Positions 56,201 to 64,000 of a DNA stretch of 64,000 nt are shown one piece after another. Both the position numbers and the translations under genes were made by a program. The first letter of the stretch is position 1; every line of letters starts with the position of its first letter. Below the pieces are notes generated by a model. It saw nothing but the letters and a program-made list of their open reading frames with translations, was not told the DNA's origin and did no database searches. Origin of the DNA: the human T2T-CHM13v2.0 reference genome, Homo sapiens; NCBI RefSeq assembly GCF_009914755.1, contig NC_060937.1; one strand, written 5' to 3'.

Positions 56201-57618
56201 CTGCACAGAGGGGAGAAGTAAAACTTATCTAAGTATTTGCCATGCTTATTCTACAAATAGGCTCAGAAAAGTAATCTGTGAAAATAAAAATTGTGTTACC
56301 CATCTATATTGTTGAACTAAAAAATGTTATTTCGAAGTTACAGTAAACCCCAACTCATCTAAAATCTACTAGACCAAAAAAGCCGAGATTACCATAATTA
56401 TTTTTGGCTTTAATTCTATGTGTAAAAGAGGAATGGAAAAATATTTAAGAGCCATGTCTGCCTTTTTTGGGAGGGGAGAGAAGGATGAAATTCATCTCAG
56501 TGGAAAAATAAATCTGCATACCTACACACCTCCCTTGTGGGGCCTGGTAAAGGAGTGAAAAGACCTGGAGAAAGTATTAATGGGTCTCTAGATGAGCAAA
56601 AGGAGGCCCAGAAGTGGGTGTGGGCACAGGAGCCAGAGAAAGTTGCAGTGCTCTGTGTAACTCAGACTCAACATTATTTTTGTACTCTGCAGTGAGAGAC
56701 AGAGAGACCAGCCATGATGAGCTGCCAGATACAAGCTGCTGAATCCTGAAGAGGCACTTTTAAAAAACATGGTCTAATATTCGATTTCAGGCTTTTTTGT
56801 TTCTGAACTTCTGAACTTTTGTTGCCCTTATCTTCATTATCTTCATAAAGTTTACCCAACATGATCTTAATTTTAAAAAAACAGAAAGGCAAGGGAAAAG
56901 GGCTGTGTTCCTGTGTGGGTGGAGACAAAGTACAACAGGGACAGCCAGTTCATAATGGCGAGACAGACACAAAGCTGGAAATCCAGCTGCCTGAAACCTC
57001 CACCCCATCCCCAGGGACCGAGAGGGAACTGTGACCTCCTCCCATCCCTAATCTCACTGGGCTCCCAAAGAACAGGTTACAGCATGTACTACACTCTGAG
57101 AAGACAAAAGCAATCGAAACGATGGCTACAATGGTAACTGTTAAGACCAAAGCACTCAGCTAGTATAAGACAAAATATCTATAAATAAAAAAGACAATTT
57201 TGACCATATCAATCAGTCACTTCCACCTCCTAAACTGGAATAACAAGTTGCTTTTCTTATCCCCAGTCATTGATATACAGAAGAGACAAGTCAATTCAAT
57301 GGCCAGAAATTGCCAATGATGAAATTATTCAACTATTTTAAAAGAGAATATATTATCAGCTCTTAAAATTGAGCACAAAAATTCAAAAATGAGAGACAGT
57401 AACATCCTGAAAGTTATTTTTGTTATACATAAGGGAAATGAGGAAAAATAAGGGAATGGTAACATTCAAAGGGAGAAGAGAAAGATGAAGAGTAAGAAGG
57501 AAGGAGGTCAAAGCATGTACAGTGAAGGGAAGAATCAGATGAAAACAGAGATAGAGACTTGGAAACAGGGAAAAACAAAAACTGAAAGAGTTCATGCAGC
57601 CACTTTATAGCTATGTAA

Positions 57619-57924
<306 letters not shown>

Positions 57925-58004
57925 TAATCTTTGATAAGTTTCTCAGAACCTTAGTTTCCTCATCTGCAAAATGGGTGTGAAGGAATTTATCTCATAATTT
58001 TATC

Positions 58005-58284
58005 TTTTTTTTTTTTTTTTTTTTGAGACAGAGTCTCGCTCTGTCACCCAGGCTGGAGTGCAGCGGCATCATCTCGGCTCACTGCAAGCTCCGCCTCCGG
58101 GTTCACGCCGTTCTCCTGCCTCAGCCTCCCGAGTAGCTGGGACTACAGGCGCCCGCCACCACGCCCGGCTAATTTTTTTGTATTTTTAGTAGAGATGGGG
58201 TTTCACTGTGTTAGCCAGGATGGTCTCGATCTCCTGACCTCATGATCCGCCCACCTCGGCCTCCCAAAGTGCTGGGATTACAGG
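58005..58284 (-). mobile_element. 5'-truncated AluY SINE
   Basis: Y diagnostics (gcaagctccgcctcc, gttcacgcc, ttagccaggatggtctcgatctc); ends at gggattacagg, about 20 nt short; perfect TSD ctcataattttatc (57991-58004, 58285-58298). Confidence 0.96.
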
Positions 58285-58447
58285 CTCATAATTTTATCAT
58301 TTAAATAATATATGCAAAAGTAACACACATATAAAAATGCATAGCCATACACAGCAGAGTGTAAAAGAAGGAAAGACATTTTAAAGTATAAGATGATCAT
58401 GAATGAGACCTGCTACTATGAACTTGGATTGTTGTTCTTATTTTCTA

Positions 58448-60131
58448 CTTATTTGATTTGATTTTAGATTCAGGGTACACATGTGCAGGACTGTTACACG
58501 GATATATTGCATAATGCTGGGGTTTGGGCTTCTAATGAGCCCATCACCCATAAATGATCATTGTACCCAAAAGGTAATTTTTCAGCCCTATTCCCCTCCT
58601 AATCTCCTGCCTTTTGGAGTCCCCCAGTGTCTATTGTTTATGACTATGTGGACCCACTGTTTAGTTCCCACTTATAAGAACATGCAGTATTTTATTTTCT
58701 GTTTCTGACTTATTTCACTTAGGATAGTGGCCTTCAGGTTTCATCCATGTTGCTGCAAAGGACAACAGTTTCATATTTTTATGGCTGCATAGTATTTCAG
58801 TGTGTATACACCACATTCTCTTTATCCAGACAACTGCTGACAGACATTTAGGTTGAATCCATGACTTTGCTATTGTGAATAGTGCTGCGATAAACACACA
58901 AGAGCAAGCATTTTCATAGAATGATTTATCTTCCTTTGGGTAGACACCCAGCAGTGGGATTGCTGGGTTGAATGGCAATTCTATTTTTAGTTTCTTGAGA
59001 AATCTCCAAACTGCTTTCCACAGGGGTTGAACTAGTTGTTCCCACGAGCAGTATACATGCATTCTCTTTTTTCTGCATCCACACCAACAACTGTTGTTTC
59101 TTGACTTTTTAATAATTGCTATTCTGACAATTATTATCATGTGTAAGATGATATCTCATTGTGGTTTTGATTTGCATTTCTCTGATTAATGATGTTGAGC
59201 ATTTCTTCATGTTTGTTGGCCACTTACATGTCTTCTTTTCAGAAGTGTCTGTTCATGACCTTGGTCCACTTTTTAATGGAGTTTTTTTTCTTGTTGAATT
59301 CTGTGTGGATTCCGGATATTATTAGTCCTTTATTATCAGAGGCATAATTTGCAAATGTTTTCTCCCATTCTGTAGATTGCCTGTTTATTTTGTTGATTAT
59401 TTCTTTTGCTGTGCAGAGGCTTTTTAACTTAAGTTCCATTTGTCTATTTTTGATTTAGTTGCATTTGCTTTTGGGGAATTAGCCATAAACTCTTTGTCTA
59501 GGCCAATATCCAAAAGAGTTTTACCTTCCAGGGCTTTTATAGTTTCAGGTCTTATATTTAAGTCTTTAATCCATCTTAATTTTTGTATATGGTGAGAGAC
59601 AGGGGTCCAGTGTCATTCTTCTGCACAAAGCCAGCCATTTTCCTAGCACCATTTGTTGAATAGAGTGCCACTTCCCCATTGTTTATTTTTGTCCACTTTG
59701 TCAAAGATCAGTTGGTTGCAGTATGTGGCTTGATTTCTGGGTTCTCTATTTTTCTCTATTGATCTATGCATCTATTTTTGTACCAGTACCATGATGTTTT
59801 AGTTACTATAGCTTTGTAGTATAATTTGAATTCAAGTAACATGATGCCTCTAGCTTTGCTCTTTTTGGTTAGGATTGTTTTGGTTGCTCGTGGTCTTTTT
59901 TGTTTTCATATAAACTTAAGGATTTTTTTTTAATTCTGTGAAGAATAACTTTGGTATTTTCATAGAAATTGTGTCGAATCTGTAGATTACTTTGGACAGT
60001 TTGGTCATACTAACAATATTGATGCTTCCAATCCATTTGTTTGTATCAATTAAAATTTCTTTCATTAGTGTTTTGTAGAACTTCTTCTTAAGAAGACATC
60101 TTTCGCCTCCGTGGTTAAATGTATACCTAGG

Positions 60132-60184
<53 letters not shown>

Positions 60185-60470
60185 GTAAATGGGGTTGAGT
60201 TCCTGATTTGGTTCTCAGCTTGAACATTACTGGTGTACAGAAATGCAACTGAATTTTGTACACTGGTTTTGTATCCTACAACTTTACTGAAGTTGTTTAT
60301 CAAGTCTAGGAGCCTTTCCAAAAAGTCTTTTGGGTTTTCTAGGTATAAGATCATGCCATCAGTGAACAGAGATAATTTTACTTCCTCTTTTCCAATTTGG
60401 ATGTCTTTTATTTCTCTCTTACCTGATTGCTCTGGCTAGGCCTTCCAGTACTCTGTTGAATAGGAGTGGT
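58448..60470 (-). mobile_element. 5'-truncated L1PA16/17-like LINE (about 2 kb; degenerate ORF2 C-terminus plus 3' UTR)
   Basis: Minus-strand peptides [10 protein letters not shown]...[11 protein letters not shown] and LVQPLWKAVWRFLKKLKIELPFNPAIPLLGVYPK are L1 ORF2p; 3' UTR matches an old primate L1; TSD-like tattttcta on both flanks. Confidence 0.95.
60135..60182. repeat. (TG)24 microsatellite inside L1 ORF2
   Basis: Perfect dinucleotide run. Confidence 0.97.
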
Positions 60471-60789
60471 CGTTTTCTATTTTCTAGAATGTTCACTGAT
60501 CTCTATTCACAGGTTTTAACTTCTTGAACTTTACTCCTGAAAAAGCACTTCACTATTGATAGAGCACTTATTTCCTACCAGAAGAGAAATTATTTTCTAG
60601 TAGACAAGGGTGAGGGGAATAGTACCATCTCATGGGCTAAGTCTAGACCTTGGTCCCTGGGTTACCATGTGTGGTCCAATACTTTCAACACAAACAAAAA
60701 TGCAGCTATCGAATCAAGGCCTTGAGGCATTGTACAATAAAGTAACATTCATCATAGCAAGAGTTCACATTAACTTTGGTCTTTTTATG

Positions 60790-61000
60790 TAGGAGGTACC
60801 AAATGAGGCATTTCAGATATATTCTCTCAAAACATCACAACAATCCTTTAAGGTTAAGTTCTATCAATAAGGTCATCTTATAAATGAGGAAACTGAGGCC
60901 CTGATATGTTAGGTAACTTAGCCTAGGTCATGTAACACTGAGGGAGGAACTAGGTTTCAAACACAGATAGGTGGGTTCTGGAGCCTAGCTTTTAATCACT
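60790..61000 (-). mobile_element. MIR SINE
   Basis: aaatgaggaaactgaggcc...gttaggtaacttagcctaggtca...ttctggagcctagcttttaatcact. Confidence 0.8.
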
Positions 61001-64000
61001 AAGACAAATTTCATGATCCTTAAGAAACTTCTAAGTTCCAAAGACAGATGAAATCAAGGTCCAGAAAAATTTAATATAAGCATACTACAGTTTTTCCTAA
61101 TTGCCCTCTAAAGTGGCACGCCAGTTATTGCACACAGTGACTTTCAATTAGACTCATCCATCTAATTTCCATGATACTTCCTAGACTGTGAGACCACAGA
61201 TAAAAAAAACACTCTGGGGTCTCAGTTTCTTCACCTGTGATTAAAAACAATCCCAATGATGTCCCAAGTTCTAGCAAATAATGAAAAATTACTCTGCAAC
61301 CTCTGCCATAACTTCCAAGTATCCCGAGGCTAATCTGATCCTTTTCCCACTGAAACATGGTGGCACTCTCTGAGCAAAAGTCTTTAATTTGAAGGAAGCA
61401 TCCTCCTAAATAAAGGTTCAACTACTTTGAATACGTAAAGTATTGTAGAAATCAAGGTCACACATGATTTTTATACCTTGACGTTATATGATAGCTTTCT
61501 GAAACTTTTAACTGGAAAAAATATAAAAGTTGTGCCTTTCTAACCATAAATTTTAAGAAGTAAACAAAAGAATATATGAATACATAAGCCTTAGTCACAT
61601 ATAAACACCTATACTACATACTTTGGTGGGGTTTTTTTGCACTAGTGCTTGCTTTCAGAAGAAAAGTGCCAGCAGAGTCTTCCTCAGTTGTCTTGAGACT
61701 GTGGTTACCCTATTTCTAATAAACAAGGCAGCTTCCTGTCTCTGGCTTCTCATTGCTAAATCAGGGTTGAATTCTGGCAGCTTTCATAGCCCTGACCCCT
61801 GAGTGCACCCATGTTAAAGAGTGTCTGCTTTGCTTCATTCCTTATTGTAAAAAACGACTCATCATGGAGCACCTCTTGTTTTAAAATCTTGCTTTTCATC
61901 AGTGAAGCTCAAAATGAGTTAATTTCTTACACTCAAAACTTAGTCTCTCATTTTCTCTATATTTGTCTCTATTTGGTTGATGTATCTGGACTTTTTCTAA
62001 GTCTCTAAAGGGATGAAGCTGTGTACACTTTTAGATCGTTTCGGAAGTGGTTAAAACAGCATCCTGTAGATGATTTTATGATCAATCAAGTATTCATTTA
62101 TGCTTTTCTCTTAAGCATCTTTAGTGACTGAGCCCATAAGGCAAGAGTTCATAGTCAGACAAAATGCACTTCATGTTACAAAACAATTTTTTTAAACAAG
62201 TGATAGAACTTGTTCTTAAGGGCTTAAAAATGCAATTTACAAGTATTTTCTTCCACTTTGGGGTTGTTCTGAAGTAATTTACTGTGCAGCATGATATTCA
62301 ATTTGTCTTCAATATGCTGATAAATTATCTATAAATCTGTCTTTGTTTTGCTTGTAATCTCTTACAGAGCTGTGTCAGCAAAGGGCATCCTTTGCATTTC
62401 TGACCCTTTTGTGTTAAAAAAGAAAAATGAAAAAATCCATCTAGCTCTAGAAACAAAAGATTTCATCTCCAGCTTTTCACCATCACCATTTTCCTAACCC
62501 ACAGGAACCTATTTTGTTGGATGGTTGGTCCCTTGACAATGAGACCCCACTTGAAATAACCTGAAAAGGCTAGAGATCCTCTTCACCCACTTTCTGTGTG
62601 GGCCATTACACAAGCCCTCATGCTTCCCAGAGATGTCAGAGCCCCAGCCGGTGTGAAATGGTGATGCTGTCAGTCAGCAGGAAAATTTTTTGCTTCGGAA
62701 AAACCTCTCTCTCCGAGCTTCCTCTGTGCCGCACCTCCAGCTGCCTCGGTGCACCATGTCAGGGTGCTAAAATAGCTCAGGCTTGATGACTTCACTAGTT
62801 CTCACAAACAGGCCAGTTGGCAGAACTCTAATGCAGTCTGCTCCTGAGTGGAAGACATTTTTTTTTCTCCCCACCATCCTCTAATATGAATACTTAGTTT
62901 CATTTTGACTCTGGAAGAAGTCTCCTTTCTGGGAGTCAATTCAGCACAAACTTAATGCAAACGTTTCAAAATGCTTTAAGGAGGCTTGAACTAAAGAGCT
63001 ACCCTAAAGCCAATACCATGCATTCAGACTGCACTATTATTTCCTATGCTAACCTTCAAGGACATCAAAACTGCTAGGTAAATTAACCTTATTTAACAAC
63101 CTTCATATTTCATTTATCTTAGGGCCAAATATCTTCCTCAAGAATAGTATTAATAACTGATAATCAGCCAAGATTTTAATGTCTTATTTCTCAGGTTTAC
63201 TCCTTTCCCACAAGTAAGGAGGTCAACAGAAAATATCAAAGTAAAAATTAACTACCACTACATGTACTCAGCATAAAATGACAGGGGGCCTTTAAAGGCA
63301 ATGTCCTGTAATCACAGCAAACTTTAGTGATTAATACTCAAATAGATTTGAAATTTTTTTTACAGTATAAGGTACTCATGCACTAAAAAAGGTGTTCTGT
63401 ATTAGACTACCAAATTTTATTTTAGTATTTATAATTTTCCCTTATAGTTTTTCACTTCCTTTTGTAATTACCACATACTAGCAAAAAAATACTGCAAGAA
63501 AACTAGAACTTTCTGATGTTCCAGTTTCCTAATTCAGTGCTGTGCCCAAGCTGCCCTTTGATTCCAAAAGACAGCATTTAGATTAACTGCTTCAGTGCCC
63601 TGTGGACACAAAATTTATGCCCAAAGAAGAAGCTTCCATATGATTCTATAGACATGAGCTAATAAAATAATTTGGTTCACTGGTTTAAGATGGTTCCTCT
63701 AAAAGGGGTGCAATCCCTGTCCCCAAAAGAGGAAAAAAATCACAAACATTCTATTCCCAGCACCCCTCAGTTCCTCTCACTATCTGTCCATTACAAACAG
63801 CATCTAAATACCACTGCCATCTTGCAATGGTGATGATGGAAAACCACCCCTCTCCATCACCAAGAAAAACATCACAGGGATTCTCAGAGAACACATAGGC
63901 TCATATATAACTGTATATTTTTAAAATGCATTTTACCATACAATGATTTGTTCATTCCATAAACATTTGCCTAGTACCTTGCATGTAGCAGGTATTACAT

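Noticed and set aside
56674-56928. Minus-strand ORF LGKLYEDNEDKGNKSSEVQKQKSLK... as a coding exon
   Set aside because: No suitable AG/GT boundaries around the protein-like part and no recognised homology.

Overview
AT-rich primate (very probably human) genomic DNA that looks like the interior of a large intron or an intergenic region. I found no convincing protein-coding exon, RNA gene, CpG island or prokaryotic feature. The six-frame ORFs are short and are chance ORFs, Alu read-throughs or decayed L1 ORF2 fragments. The window is a layered retroelement and transposon record: 14 Alu-family elements (J, S, Y and one FLAM), several L1 fragments (L1PA16/17-like, L1MA4/5-like, L1MD-like, L1ME-like), HAL1, L2, many MIRs, MaLR solo LTRs and DNA-transposon fossils (MER2, Tigger3a, MER6A, MER33, MER5-like), several nested with readable target-site duplications (TSDs). 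A visible A>T and C>G skew on the + strand suggests a host transcription unit on the - strand, but I cannot name it. Items worth a second look are candidate non-coding exons with strong splice sites, a perfect 37-bp tandem duplication, a double inverted repeat, an AluY lacking a TSD and a few transcription-factor motif clusters. I do not see evidence for a novel biological system. Repeat subfamily names come from recalled consensus sequences, and boundaries of old elements are approximate.
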